Shown here: piece by piece, positions 1-13,200 of the stretch
Position numbering within the stretch: position 1 is the first letter of the stretch
Layout: each line of letters begins with the position of its first letter
DNA from: Amphiscolops sp. MND2022
Lineage: Eukaryota
Direction: 5' to 3'
NCBI GenBank assembly: GCA_964187785.1
Contig: OZ076413.1
Span: 46,192,001-46,256,000 of the forward strand
DNA length: 64,000 bases
Program-made: the position numbers and the translations under genes
Notes under the pieces: model-generated
Seen by the model: only the letters and a program-made list of their open reading frames with translations
Told to the model about the DNA's origin: nothing
The model's database searches: none

Positions 1-1016
1 AAGTAAAGTTTTTAGGGTTCAATAGCACATCAGGGAGGGTCTCATTTAGAGCAAACATTATTTAAATATTATAATTACATGACTTCTTGAGAAAACTAAC
101 GAAAAACAAGATGAAATGTTAGCACTTCAGTTTAAAGTTCTAGTTCACATCTTGGCTTTTAAAGTTGTTGTGGCTGTTGACTTGTTTGGCTTTGATCACT
201 GATGCGCCAAGGCTCCAACGCAACTCCTGGGTTGCGACACCAACGTCTAGGTAAGTTATCAAAGCCCATGTCAAAAAAATTATTCAGCTCTGAAATATAT
301 ATCAGGACAGATAAATCTCTTTCAATCTATAAAAAATCATAAGTTCATCATTGGTTCACTTTTCATATTTGCTTTTGCGCTGTTCGCTTTTTGTTCATCC
401 AGTGATTTTGCAATCCTATAGGCTAAAAACGCAAATTTAGCATCGTAAAAGTTTTTGTTCGCGTGTCCATTGGAACACCGCTTTCTACTCGTGCTGTCTA
501 GAATACAAAATGTTACTGTCTCGATGAAAAATTGAGAAGTTTTGAAATGTGTGCCAAAAAGTGTTCTTGTGATTTATCAGGTAAAGGGATTCTCTTGACA
601 AATCTTACGTTCAGGAAAAATTGTCCGGCCATTGCTTTATAGTAACATCAGTCTGTGACAACTGTAAAACAATTTCCAATGCAGGAAAGTTCATTTTTTC
701 TTACAGAATCGAAAGAACCTAAACCCTTGGAGTTTCTACTTTTGAGGATGTGGAACTTTACTACTATGTTGTAAAGACAGCTTTTATCGCAACAAAAATT
801 CAGAAAAAGCATGATTCTGAAATCTTAGGAGCAAAGGTTTTTAAGATTTTGATCTAATCACTACGCTTTCAAAGTTCAAAGATATTATTTCGTCATTTTG
901 AAAATTCGCACTGTCGGAACCAAGTGATTCAACACAAGTTGTACTTTTTTGTAATTTTTCAGTGTTTGCCGACTGAAAGTTACTTATTTCAGTTTGGAAG
1001 TTAGCACTCTGTGACG

Positions 1017-2653
1017 TCATTGGAACCACTTGGAGTTGAACCCATCTTCATCACGTGACCTAGTAGGGTACTTATGATGCACCCTGAAGTAGGCGTCATC
1101 CAGAACTCTCTCGACCCCATCCAAATCAGCCAGGTTGTTGCGGAATCCTTCATGTTTCTTCATGTCGACAAACAACTTGCAATATTCATCCACTCTTCGC
1201 TGAAGTTCCGGTCGCTTTGCCTTTTCCATCTGGATAAGTTTTTCCTGGAATTGTTTCAACTGTTCTTCCTGTGTTTGTTTCGACATAAAGACGGCGTTGG
1301 CTGTATGTGGCCGGTGGCAAGTGTAGTAGCCTATAGTGAGCAAAATAACGTGCGCATACTTTTTGTTGAAAGTTTTTGGAAAAAATCAATTGATTCACTG
1401 TTTGTATAAAAACTCTGGCATTTTGTTCACGTTGTTTCCTAAGTGATGCAAACCACTTCGTAAGTTTTATACACTGAATGTAGTAGGGTGGAGGTGTTTT
1501 GATTACATTTCCACCAGTTGGGGGCGGGTTGTTAGGTACCCTTCAGGGCAAGCTTGAGCCAGAAAATTTTATCGAGCCGTTTTGAACAGAGTCTTCTTGA
1601 AATTACTTCGGGAACCCTTGAAGTTATAATCTATTAATCCCATAAATCAATCCCTACGAAAGGAATAAAGTTCAAGAAGTACCACTGATCGAATTTCAAT
1701 TAACGTGAAATTGTTTGCGTACCCCTGTTCGCACTCCAAGCCGAAGTCTTCCTCCCTACATTGTCTCCCCTCTCGCCTGTCCTGTTGACAGGTGCCGACT
1801 TCACCCTCCTACATGTGGGGTGGTTCCCAGCCACGGGTGCAGACTTTGGTCTCTCCTGATTGGTGGACGAGCGTAAGTGGCTGTTGGCCGACTTGATTCT
1901 CTTGTACATGGTGGGGGTCGTGCTCATTCTATTGAAGTCAGAGGCCGTGATCACACTCTCGACTCTCTCGATCTGGGACCCGTTCAGAAACGAGTGGGTG
2001 TTTTGGATTTCATTGTTCAGTTTGCTCCTACACAGACCACGCTATGTTACGTAACTGTTACGTATTCATCTTACGTAATGTACATTAAGGAGTTCTGGAA
2101 ACTGTAGTATGTTACGGGTAGAGCTTTTCGATACCAATTCTTAGAGAACCTAATTTGAGTTCACAAAATCATCGACAGGGGATAATGAAATTAAGGATTT
2201 AGTTCTCGAAATTTTGTCAAAAAACAAATGAAAACCGTTGTGAGAATATACATTTCAGATGACCTGTTGAATGTAAAGAAATCACATCGCAATTATTCGA
2301 TGCCCATTGCCAAACTATTAGATCCATCAATGATTGGTGGATATCTGCGATCGGTGGGTATTTGCGATCGAAAATTCGAACGATGACCTTCAATTAGTCT
2401 TCATTAGCTCATCAAAGGTGTTCAAAAATATCAATGTTGAAAATCCCTTTGCTTTTTATTTACTTGGATTTTTCTATCAAAACGTTGTGTGGTTTGTGTT
2501 TAGTTCTTCTCTCCTCTTCTCTCTGAGTTGTCTCTCGTAGGCGTCAAGCTGCTTCATCTTGCTCACCTGGCCGAGTCTCAAGAGCTCCAACTGTTTCTGC
2601 AGCTTCCTTCTCTGCATCAACAGGTAGTCCTGCTCGTTTTTCAGCTTTGACAT
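1017..2653 (-). CDS. Uncharacterised spliced protein-coding gene, about 279 aa, with coiled-coil N- and C-terminal parts and low-complexity RPKSAP/RVKSAP motifs
   Basis: Hand-built exons 2653-2567, 2522-2464, 2149-2075, 2027-1723 and 1330-1017 all have GT..AG boundaries and compatible phases. They sum to 840 nt, ATG to stop (MSKLKNEQDY...FNSKWFQ). The first 44-nt intron is the least certain. Confidence 0.65.
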
Positions 2654-4272
2654 CTTCCCAATAAACGAATATTTATGAATATTTTGAATATATTTGTATT
2701 TTAGCTAGTAATTATGAAGAATATTGTATTGTAACAATGTATTGTAATCTACATGTCATGTTTCATGACGATGCAGGCTTGATGAAAAGTCTCCAAATAA
2801 GCCGATGAAGACAGTGATAAGCTGATGACGGAAGCTCTCAATTAGCGTTTTTGCAATATTGAGATTGAATTAATCAGTTCGACATGATTAATATTGCATT
2901 TTACATGATTGAGAATCGAAACAAGAGTTGTTGCTGAGTCGAGTTTCAATAAATATTTCGAGTTCACTTGCTGTCCATGTAAAATAGTACAGCAGTTTCA
3001 TTTGATAAAATCACAACATAATACAAATTCGATAAAATTTTTGTTATAACCGCAAGTACTAAGCTGACAGGGAATTTTTCTAGCAGAACAATTCAACACG
3101 CAACCTTAGAAAAGTCAATCAGTAGGCAAAAAAATAAAAACAGGTGATTTTACAGTCAAAAACAAAGGAGACTAAATCCAACAAAGAAACACTTGAATGC
3201 TTTCAAACCAATCGAGAAGGCATTAGGTCTCACAGGTGTCCCGGAGATTACATGTTAAACGTGTTGGCTTCTATTTACAGCCAAAACACAACAACACCTT
3301 CGGAGGAACAAAGGAAAATAGGTCTAAACAGAATAATGCCTTGTTTTTATTCTACTTTGATGCTTTTCTATCTATCTCTCACTTGAGGCTGTTTTTCCAA
3401 TTGAATTAATGTTGAGAATTTTTAGAACAGACCGTTATGGAGTGAGCAAGGGAAAGACATTTTAAATGCACATATGAATACGTTCAGATACTAAAGAGTC
3501 ATACATAATGTGGTGCTCTGAAAAGGAAAGTGAATTCACTTTCCCATTGCAACTTGAGTCTTAAAGCTTCCGAGGAGCGAGGAGTCTTTTCGAGTGCATC
3601 CTCCTATTTTTCTAGAAACCGAAAGTTCCTAGTCTTCTCCGGTGTTTTTAAGTGACGTTTTTTTGAAAACTCTTGAAGCATGAAAAATTGTGAGTCTGGG
3701 ATCTTTTGACATGCTGCAGGCTGCATGTGGGTTAATTTTTAGAAAACATAAAAATTTCAGTAAGATGTTTAACTCTAAGTTTTGTGGCTGCAGCTCAGAT
3801 CGTTTTTAAATTATAAAATTAAAATCAAATTAAATTATAAAAACATTGTTTCTGAGTATAACGTACATAAACAGATATAATCCCGATGTAACGTCTGTAG
3901 TTCTGATAACGCGTTTTTCTCCACTTCTCGAATTTTGCTATTCAGAAAAACTGATCAAACATCCTTTTAGTACAGCCAACTTTTGACATAACGAACACAG
4001 CTGTAACTGAAACAGACGAAACATTTGTAATACGGATATAACGTACCCAGTTGTGTTATATATTCGTTTGGGCGAACTTCTCAATGGCTTTCTTTTCAAG
4101 GTGTACCACTCTAAGCTGACGCCACCTGTTTTTTTTAACGAAAAAGTGACATAGTGATCCCCTTTTCTTCTTTTTAATGACTTGATTAGACTTGTTTGAA
4201 CAAAAATGTGTGAAAGTTTTTTTTCCAAAAAAGGACATTCTGTGAATGCTGGGATTTGCTGCAACCACAGGA

Positions 4273-4739
4273 AACAAGCCGGGACCGGCACAAGTCGGCG
4301 CCATATCTAAGGCTCAAAAATAGCAAAAAGGACTTCAAATTATCAAAGTACTCTCTTCTACAGCATCGGAAAAAATGTTTTGAAAAAAGACTCACAATGC
4401 CGAAAAAAATGAGAGGGGGGCCTTTTGGGATCTTTAAACATCCATTCTGACGCGAAACTCCAAAAAATTGAAGAGGAAATATATTTCCGGAAAAAGTCTC
4501 GCAATACCAAAAGAAACTTTGAAAAGAGGGATCATTTGGTCTTGTCCGGTAATGTATGTTACGCGGGAATACTTTTTGGTTCATTTTCCTGGGCCAACAG
4601 GGGAAATTTAAAATTTTGTAGAACTTTTGGTAGAACTATTTCGGTCACTTCAGAAGTATCGAAGAAGAGAAATTAAAAAACACTGACGAAAAGCCATGAC
4701 TATAGTCGGCTCTTTTCAAGCAAAGGGCCGACTAAAAAA
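4273..4739 (-). mobile_element. Helentron/DINE-like non-autonomous element, family A
   Basis: On the + strand it starts aacaag-gccgggaccggc (hairpin)-aagtcggcgccatatctaaggctc and ends tagtcgg..gccgact-aaaaaa. The same ends recur at 9496, 32413 and 60922. Confidence 0.7.
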
Positions 4740-4923
4740 GCATGTCTGACACCTCTATTTTTCATTTAGTAGTGGAGAGCACCAACTCTCAGTTTCCAAA
4801 CTCAGACTGTTTGAATTTGATAGTCTGCCTTTTATAATATTTCACTAGTCTAACACCTGCCAACTAACTGCAAAAGAAGTTTAAGTTTGATCATACTGGA
4901 GAAAAATAGAGAACAGTTTAGTT

Positions 4924-6030
4924 TGATGATGACATTCCTTTTCATATGACAATGCAAAATACAACATGGTGCCGTCAGAATAACAATTGAGGTTATATCA
5001 GATTATCTCAACTTGACACAACAAAATGGAAGGAAGAACAGAAACAACCACAGGAAGCGGGGAACAGCAATGACGACAGCGGAATCACGATTAGGGGGAC
5101 AGCTGTTTTACAATGACACATTGAACAAGACGGCAGACCGGCCTTGCACCCAGAAAGCTACCAGTCCAAAGTTCAAAAAAAAACGATCACATCAATGCCA
5201 ACATGTGGTGCCAGAAATTTGAACAGTATATGATGATGACGAAAGACATCGACTTCTCTACTATGACATACTGCAAAGAAATACAGCCACAACATCGTGA
5301 TCAACCGGAGATGAAAATAAAAGACTTTTTCAGCGATCGGACAAAATGCTAACACGGAAGTGACAAAAACGGTCAGATAAAGAAAACAGAATTCACAACT
5401 GTAACACAATTTATACACAATTGTTTCGCGTACATTTCACTTCAGAAAGAAACATAACAGAGCTGATTTCTTCGCTTTCAAAAAAGACGACGGAGAATCA
5501 AGAGGAGACGTCTGGAAACGTATACTACCAGTGGAAATGAATCGCCTATGAATCGATAAAAACAACAGCTGAGCTCTTAGCATCAAACCTTTGTCTCTCA
5601 TTGGTAAGTCAACCGGTGACTACGAGTTAGGGACAAAATACCAAAAACATCGACATGTCCGTGGAAGCAATAACCGAAGCCATACTTGACTATATGTTTG
5701 AAAAAATAAATGTCTCAGAAGAGCAGAAAAAAAGGCTACCTCAAAAATGGAAGAAAAGACCTACAAAAAAACCAGTCGGTAAATCAGCGAAATTCCAAAA
5801 TGGACTGCAACAAATCCGGGCCCTGAACTGGTCACGACAACATGAATATTTTAGCCAGAGGAAAGAAATGCGCAAAATGCGTGAAAGTAGGCCACCTCGC
5901 AAAATGTTGTCGATCCGATAAAAGAGTAAATTATATAACGGAAGAAGAAGCAAGCAGTTCGGGAGGAGATTACTGGTCGTCGGACACCTTCCATTCAGTG
6001 AAACAAAAGATCCACATGAACCAGTGAAAT
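4924..6030 (+). mobile_element. Decayed Gypsy/Ty3 LTR retrotransposon 5' part (LTR end, PBS, frameshifted gag)
   Basis: ..aaca followed by TGGTGCCGTCAGAA (PBS-like) near 4966. Broken gag-like frames end in a zinc knuckle CAKCVKVGHLAKCC (about 5870-5910). Confidence 0.6.
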
Positions 6031-6099
6031 GTTTGGAAATAAAAACAGGTAAAGGAAGACGCGAAACTAATACAACAGAAAAATACCCCAAAACCAATC

Positions 6100-6330
6100 C
6101 ATGCAAAATAATCGATCGAGAAATTGGAAAGTTGTGGCTGGACCAAAAAAGCAAGTATTATCGAGAAAAACTGCTTCGTAAGTCCGGCCGCCATCCTTGT
6201 GAAGAGAGAAAAGTTGGTGAAAATTGCATCGGACTCACGCAAAGCAAACTGGACAAAACAGTCGTGAAGAGAAACGCTCATATGCCAATTTTGGGAAAGT
6301 TAATCTGCAGTAAACTCAAAATACCGCAGA
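6100..6330 (+). mobile_element. Possible Ty1/copia reverse-transcriptase fragment
   Basis: IDREIGKLWLDQKSKYYREKLLRK resembles the copia RT C-terminal motif I.RD..gkl.lsQ..Yi..lL.rF. The match is short and degenerate. Confidence 0.35.
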
Positions 6331-6660
6331 CTGTCCGTCAGACAAAGCATGTAACTCTAAATTTTAGTTTATGCATACAGGTTTAAGCCTCAAAAAGCCC
6401 AATTTTTTTTCGAATAAACTCAGGACATTTTTCAAGAAACAATCACAAAAAAAAATTAGAAACACTTTCGAAAACCTCAAACGACAGTCATTTTGTTGCA
6501 AAAATTTGAAAAAATGAAGAGGAGCCCTTCAAAGACATTGAAAAGTTTTCGAAAAAACGTCTTGTACTTTTTCAAGAAAAATTTTCAAAAAGATCAACCT
6601 GTTTTTTTATGGAATGGATCAGTTTTTTCGCACTGTGAGGCTCACAAGGCAGAAAAACTG

Positions 6661-7440
6661 ATCCCTCCCATACAAAAACACGTTGATCACACACTAGACC
6701 ATAAAGGTTTATGGTTCCAGGCTGACCATACTCTGGACCATATATGGTTTATAGAATGGTCAGCACAGGAACCATAAACTTTTATGGTCCAGAGTGTGGT
6801 CAGCCTAGAAACATAAATATAAAATTAGGATAGCGTAGTCAAATAATGCATTTACTGACGAAATTACTGATCTTCCTCAACAAAAGTGCCAATACAATCA
6901 CTAAACTGAAAACCAATCCGCAATCATCAATTTTTGAAACTTTTTGCTAACCTATCGGTAACTGTTCTCGAAAGAATAAAAAGTCCACACTGAGAAATGG
7001 GTACTGCTGTAACGAAGGAGGCGTGGCTGAGAACAAATTGAGTGACTATAGTTTGTTTTTGACGCTAAGAGTTCAACGGAGTTTTGACCTGCAATGTATC
7101 GTTCGCAGAAACGAAAGGTCGAATATGGCTCCATTTGCTTCAAGCTATAAAGCTGACGGTTCTCATTATTTGGAAATTGCTGTTTGAATTGCTTGTCACG
7201 TCAACCCGCGCTTGGAACAAAAATTTATGATTTCAGAACTAACGTAGTCTGGGCAGTTTAAAATGTCAGACTGGAGCAATATGGTTTTAGACTAGACCAT
7301 AGAAGTTTATGGTTCCAGGTTGACTATACTCTAAATCATATATGATTCCAGATTGATCATGGTAAAATCATAGAGAAAAAATTTGTATAATTTGTATGGT
7401 ATCATATATGATCAAAGTATGATCAACCTGGTTGGGAAAC
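6661..7440. repeat. MITE-like element with internal direct and inverted copies of a gaccata/tatggtc unit
   Basis: tagaccataaaggtttatggttccaggctgaccatactct occurs at about 6695 and 7293, with inverted copies at about 6743-6815. Confidence 0.45.
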
Positions 7441-7736
7441 CCGAGATGTTAAGCTGAAGAAAGGAAGACCTTTTATAGTTCAAATCCTTGGGCCAACTGT
7501 TTCAATTCGACACCTTAAAATTTCTTTGTAAAACTTTGTAAAACTAATTTGGTCAGTTCGTATAGATTGAAAAAAATAGCCACTATGAAAGTCGCGTTTC
7601 ACTTCATGAAGTGCCGACTAATAACTGAACGATCCCGTCATTAGAGAATAAACGGAACACAGTATTCTCAAATCACAAAACCCTCGTATTCAAAAATTTT
7701 TGCAGAAAAATGGTAGTGCGCAACAATTAGTCATAG

Positions 7737-7975
7737 TCGCATGTGCGGTGAAGGAGTCGGATTAGGACTTTTTCCTTCTGACTTTCTCGAATCCCAGTCA
7801 TACGATTTTAATGGCATTGCTTGCGCACAGAGAAGCACATTTGGGTGCTGAATGACTGCAAAATTTTATGAAAATCGTATGTACAGTTTTGAGAAACTTG
7901 AAATTTTCATTGAAAGGTCAGGAGAAAAAAAAAGTAAGATCGCACAAGTAGTCGAAAAATTTTTCCTATAAACTT
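7737..7975 (-). mobile_element. Helentron/DINE-like element, family B, degenerate inverted copy
   Basis: Reverse complement of the family B ends: cgcatgtgcgg hairpin plus aggagtcgg, and agtagtcgaaaaatttt. Confidence 0.5.
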
Positions 7976-8788
7976 GGAAAACATCAATGACTTTTTCATT
8001 GATGTGGTTTGCCAAGTTGTGCACGCGTTTCTATTGAATCCGGAGCTATTGAAAATTTCCGAAAACGAGCAGGAAAAATATGATTCTGTAACGTGCAATT
8101 AGGAACCTCTGGAACGGAAATATGGATGTAGAAAAACTGTCAGAAAGAAAATCAAGTCCCAACTTTAAACTTTTGATTCGAAACTCACTTTTAGTTCTCT
8201 CTGCGTTCATACAATTTACTTGTTTTTTTCTAGTTTCCATCCCACTTTCGCACTAATAGATTTAAAAAAGGAAAAATATTGGTCACTATAGTTTTCAAGT
8301 TTTTGTTCATCTTGAAAAGTCTTCGAGATTTCGAAAACATTTATCACTGGGGATTGTTATGGTCTAATTCGTTGATGCCTTCAACCGGAAGCGTACTAGC
8401 AGAATGAACAAGCTGTGAACAACTGAATTGTCAAATCCTCATTCATTGAGTTTTGATGTTTGGTAATCAGACGAAGTTAGGCAATGCTCATTGAGCGATT
8501 TAATATGTTTGGTTCCTCTCCATAATATTTCGCCTCATGGATGCGTTCTGGAATTAAGAGTTTGTATTGAGCATTCTCTAACCAGTTTAGAGCTCGCGTA
8601 TTTTTACAGCCAGTTTCCTTTTTTGGAAACCAAATCTAAACCTTTTCCTTGAACATTTTTCAGACCTTCCAAAACAAACAACGTTTGTAGCAACAGCTTA
8701 ATCTGGAATAAGATTTCTAATTTTCGAAAATATGTCTCCTTTTCCAAAAACAACGAATGAGCTCTAAGCAATCTTACTCATCTTATAG

Positions 8789-8990
8789 TACATGCACAGC
8801 TACAGCGTTATAACAGAAGGGCAGTGAAAAGTGAGACCAAGGAAAGTACCGAAAACAGATGGCAAGAAGACGGAGAAGGGGCGAAAAGGGAAGAAGAAGA
8901 GCCGAAAAACGTAGGATGGAGAAGACGCGCAGACCATATTTTAAAGAGTCACTACGCACCAGGGACAAAATGTCATCAAACCTGCCTATG
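8789..8990 (+). CDS. Candidate isolated coding exon (charged, Lys/Glu/Arg-rich)
   Basis: tcttatag acceptor, open frame HAQLQRYNRRAVKSETKES...TKCHQTCL, strong GTGAGT donor at 8991. Partner exons were not identified. Confidence 0.3.
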
Positions 8991-9495
8991 GTGAGTCGTA
9001 TCTCAAGCTTATTGTGATTTATGACCACAAGCAAAAATGTTTCTTGCATGCAAAATATTTTTTGCATGCAAACATTTGGAATAGGCAAAATTATCATTTT
9101 TCGGGTTTGGAAAATCAAAAACATTATCATTTAGAAGTTCTATCCGTTTTTTTGGGAACTACGTTAGAAAAGAGTATCAAAATAATGCTGTTTTGATTGG
9201 TTGAAATTTCAAAGAATTTTCAGACAATTTTAGCGCCGAAAATGTTTGGAAAACTTTGAAAACTAACCAAAAGGAGTTTCTTGCATTAATTGAAAAATTT
9301 GATGTTTTTCAATGAAAAAAAGTTGACAAAACTTTTGGAAATGAAAAACTACAAAAATTTCCAAAAGTGAAATCACCAAGAAATCCAGTCCAATTTTCGC
9401 CATCGTATTTCATTTCTGATTGCGGAATAACATCTAAAATTGCGATATTTGTGGAAGAACGTCTGAAATCACTATATTTTGGTAGAATAAGATCT

Positions 9496-9884
9496 AACAA
9501 GCCGAGAACGGTCAAAGTCGGCGCCATATCTAAGGCTCAAAATTGAAAATGAGATTTTTGAATAGTGTCACAGTGCCGAAAAATGTAAAAGGGGGACCCT
9601 TTGCAATTTTTTGACATCCATTGTGTTGCAAAATATCGAAACAAATGAAGGGGGACCCTTTGGTGCAATCCAAAAAGTTTCAAAAAGTCTCATAGTGCCG
9701 AAAAAAGTGGGGTTTTGGGGGATCCTTAGTGTGTTTTCGAAGTTCGGTTTGTTTTTTCTTTTCGTTTTGTACGCGTTTCTGAGGTTGGAGTTGTTGAGGT
9801 TTGAAGTTGTTGAGATTTGACGTTGTTGAACAAATGAACAAAAAAGTGGACCTTTCGTGTCTAAAAAAACTACCACTGTAAATT
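9496..9884 (-). mobile_element. Helentron/DINE-like family A element interrupted by the Bel/Pao insertion (remainder at 16496-16528)
   Basis: Colinear with the intact copy at 60922-61468. Its terminal ctactaaaatgcgccgactaaaaa resumes immediately after the right LTR. Confidence 0.8.
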
Positions 9885-10085
9885 TGTTTATACAATCACT
9901 TTGATTGTCTTTTTGAAGTTGGGAATTGCGGTGAAAGCAATTTGATGATCAGTCAAAATTCAATTCAAAACAAAAAGTATGATTCACGAGTAGTTCAAAG
10001 TATTCATGCATCAACAACAATATTTGTCAATGAAATCAAAATAAAGTCAAAGTAGAAAAGGAAAGAGTCAAGTTTGATAGTACCA
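9885..10085 (-). repeat. 3' LTR of the Bel/Pao element
   Basis: 201 bp, two mismatches to 16295-16495. Preceded on the minus strand by a short purine tract (ggcgggata). Confidence 0.95.
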
Positions 10086-10274
10086 TATCCCGCCGGGCAT
10101 TGAACAGCTAGGTTCAACAATTGGCGTTGAATCCCAATACAAGACAGCCATGGAATGAGGCTGAAAAGACAATTCAAGCCATGATATACATTTCACTAAA
10201 AATGAGTGAGTTTGTAATATTGGAAATCTGTAAGAGTTTGAGTACTGATGAAGTTCAGTCGTTCGGACAAATCA

Positions 10275-13200
10275 TCAAAATGTTGGCCGAGTGAAAGGAA
10301 GGTGACGAAGCTTCACAATAGGTCGATTTGCCACCCAGTTTTGTGTTCGAACTTCGACCACTCGAGCACGGCCATCGTTGCCTTTGAATGTTTTCTGGAC
10401 ACGTCCGAGAAACCAATGCAATGCTTGAACGTTGTCTTCTGCAACAAGAACAAAGTCGCCGACCTTGAAGGTTTCATCACCATCGTTAGTCCACTTATTT
10501 CTTTTCTGAAGGGTGGTTAAGTACAATCTATACCATTCTTTCCATATTCGTTTTGATCTTCTCTCCATTTCTTGAAAATCCTTGAAGGTAGCGGGTTTGG
10601 GTTTGAAGATCTTGGTCAGTATCGGTCTAATATTCATCGGTCGCCCAATTAGAAAGTGTCCTGGAGTCAAGGCTGTGAAGTCATTGGGGTCATTCGAAAC
10701 TGGCGTTAAAGGTCGTGAATTCAGCATGCTTTCTATTTGCGTCAACAAGGTTTGGAAATTTTCACAGCTTATAACTAACGTCCGCATTTCTCGCCGCAAG
10801 TGATGCTTCATTGATTTAATTGCAGACTCCCAGAGGCCACCGAAGTGTGGTGCACGAGTGGGAATTACTAGCCATTCAGTTCCCAAATTATTGAGAGATG
10901 TTTGAAAGCTGGTTGACGAAACAGTTTGGCGAAAGGAGAGATCGGTTTCTTCTTGTATTGATAAGGTTTCTCGCGCTGCTAGGAAGCTGGGAGCATTGTC
11001 GGAAAATATCTTAGAACTTTTTCCCCGCATGGCAAAGAACCGCTTGAGAGCTGCGAGGCAGGACGCTTCAGTCATTGATAGCATATGTTCTATATGACAG
11101 GCTTTAGTACTCATGCATACAAAAATGAATGCATAAGTCTTGAAAGGCTCTTTCGAAACCTTGCAAATAAAGGGTCCCGCAACATCTACACTAACATTTT
11201 CGAAAACCATACTCTGGTTTACACGCTCTTCCGGAAGATCGCCCATCAATTGGTGCGATTGTTTCTGTGAGAAACGGCAGCAAATGATACAATTCTTCAA
11301 GAGCTTCTTTATCAAGCTCTTAGCGGAAGTAATCCAAAAATATTGGCGAGTGATTGACAATACCAACTGACAACCACCGTGCAATGATTCTACATGCGTG
11401 TCGAATATTATCATCTCAGCAATAAGAGAAGCCTTCGGAATTAAATACGGATGCTTCATTAGCGTTGGGCGATCAGAGTTTCTCAAACGTCCACCGACTC
11501 GAATCAAACCCGTCTCGTCAATAAAAGGAGTGAGATTCTCGAACTTGAATTTTTTCGCAACAGCCTTATTGCCATTGAGATAATCCTTCAGCCTTTATAA
11601 ATAAAGTTCTTGATGACACTTGATCAAATGATCAGTTGCTGTTTGGATTTCTATGGCCTTCAAAGGAGCTATAATCCTTTCATTTCGACTCAACATTTCC
11701 GCAAAACGTGTGACGTAGACAAATACGCGTACCAATTTTTTGAAGCTACGGAAACGAGAATGATTTATTATTTCAATAACTGGAGAATTTTGCACAGTCG
11801 CAGCTAAGGGTAACGAAAGTACTGGCGTTCGATGTTCTTCGATCTTTTGGGCCTTTGGAAGGCATTGAGGGCCAATGTGTGCATTCAAATCACAGGACCC
11901 GTCTCTCAGCCATTCAGGTCCCTTCCACCACAAGGAAGAGTCCAAGAGAACATCAGCAGTAACGCCTCTTGATGGCAAATCGGCAGGGTTATTTTCACCC
12001 TTGACATGTCCCCAGCGGTCACTGGGAACTAATGTTTGTATTTTTGCAACTCGATTGCGAACAAATGTTTTCCAAGTATTCGGTGGTTGCGAGATCCAAG
12101 GTAAGAAGACTGTGGAATCAGTCCAAGCGAATATTGAAACTTCATATGGCATGTCAGCAAAAGCGCACTGAACTGAAGTGATAAGTTCAGCTCCCTAAAG
12201 AGCCCCACAAAGCTCTAGACGTGGAACAGTTAAAGGTTTCAGCGGTGCTACCCTACTTTTGGAAGCGAGCAGAGCTGTTTGGAAAACATTGTCAACCAAG
12301 ACACGACTGTAGACTGCCGCCGCGTAGGCATTTTCAGAGGCGTCACAGAAGACATGAAGCTCCAAAGAATGCCCCAGTTCATTCTTAGTTACCAGTCTTC
12401 GCGGTATACGGCAGGTCGTAAGCATTCGCAAATCCTTTTGTAGATGCTCCCATTGAACTAGGAGGGTGTCGGGAAATTTTTCGTCCCACGTTAATTGACG
12501 TTTCCACATTTCTTGAACGAAACACTTGAATTTAACAACAATAGGAGAAAGCCAACCAAGGGGGTCAAATAACCGAGTTCTTTCGGACAGAACTTGACGT
12601 TTTGTTTTTGCCTCGGAAGTTTTGTTGATATCAATTTTGAAGTGAAAGGTATCAGGGACAGGTTGCCACGAGATGCCCAAAGCTTTGATTTGATATGATT
12701 CGGCCGCAAAGACTAATTCGTCTTTACTTTCACGGTAGTCTGGGGGAAGTGCTTTAATGAGGTCTAAGTTATTTGAAGTCCACTTTCGCAACTGGAAGCC
12801 TGCGGATTGCAACAATTCGATCAACTCGGTTTGTATTGCGGGTGCCCTTTCAATCGAATCTGCCCCTGACAGTAGATCATCCACGTACATGTCTCTTTCT
12901 ATGATTCTCCGAACTTCGGGTGAAGCTGTTTTAGCTAGAACCATGAGACATTTGATCGAATGATGAGAAGAGGACGCAACCCCGTAAATGACCCGAGTCA
13001 TGCGCAAGTGCTGCACCGGTTCATTGGTCTCTTCACGCCATAACAGTCTGTGGTAATCCCGGTCTGGTTTGTCAAGAGCCACTTGTCGGTACATTTTCGC
13101 TATATCGGCGCTAAACGCAACAGCGTGTAAGCGCAATCTCAGAACAATAAGGAAAAGATCACTTTGTAGCTTTGGCCCGATCAGTAGTCGTTTATTCAAA

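Noticed and set aside
10086..10274. env-like ORF in the Bel/Pao element
   Set aside because: Only about 190 bp lie between the pol stop and the 3' LTR.
11595..12197. Programmed recoding or an alternative genetic code at the two pol stops
   Set aside because: They are different stop codons inside the RNase H and linker regions, each one substitution from a sense codon. Simple decay is more parsimonious.
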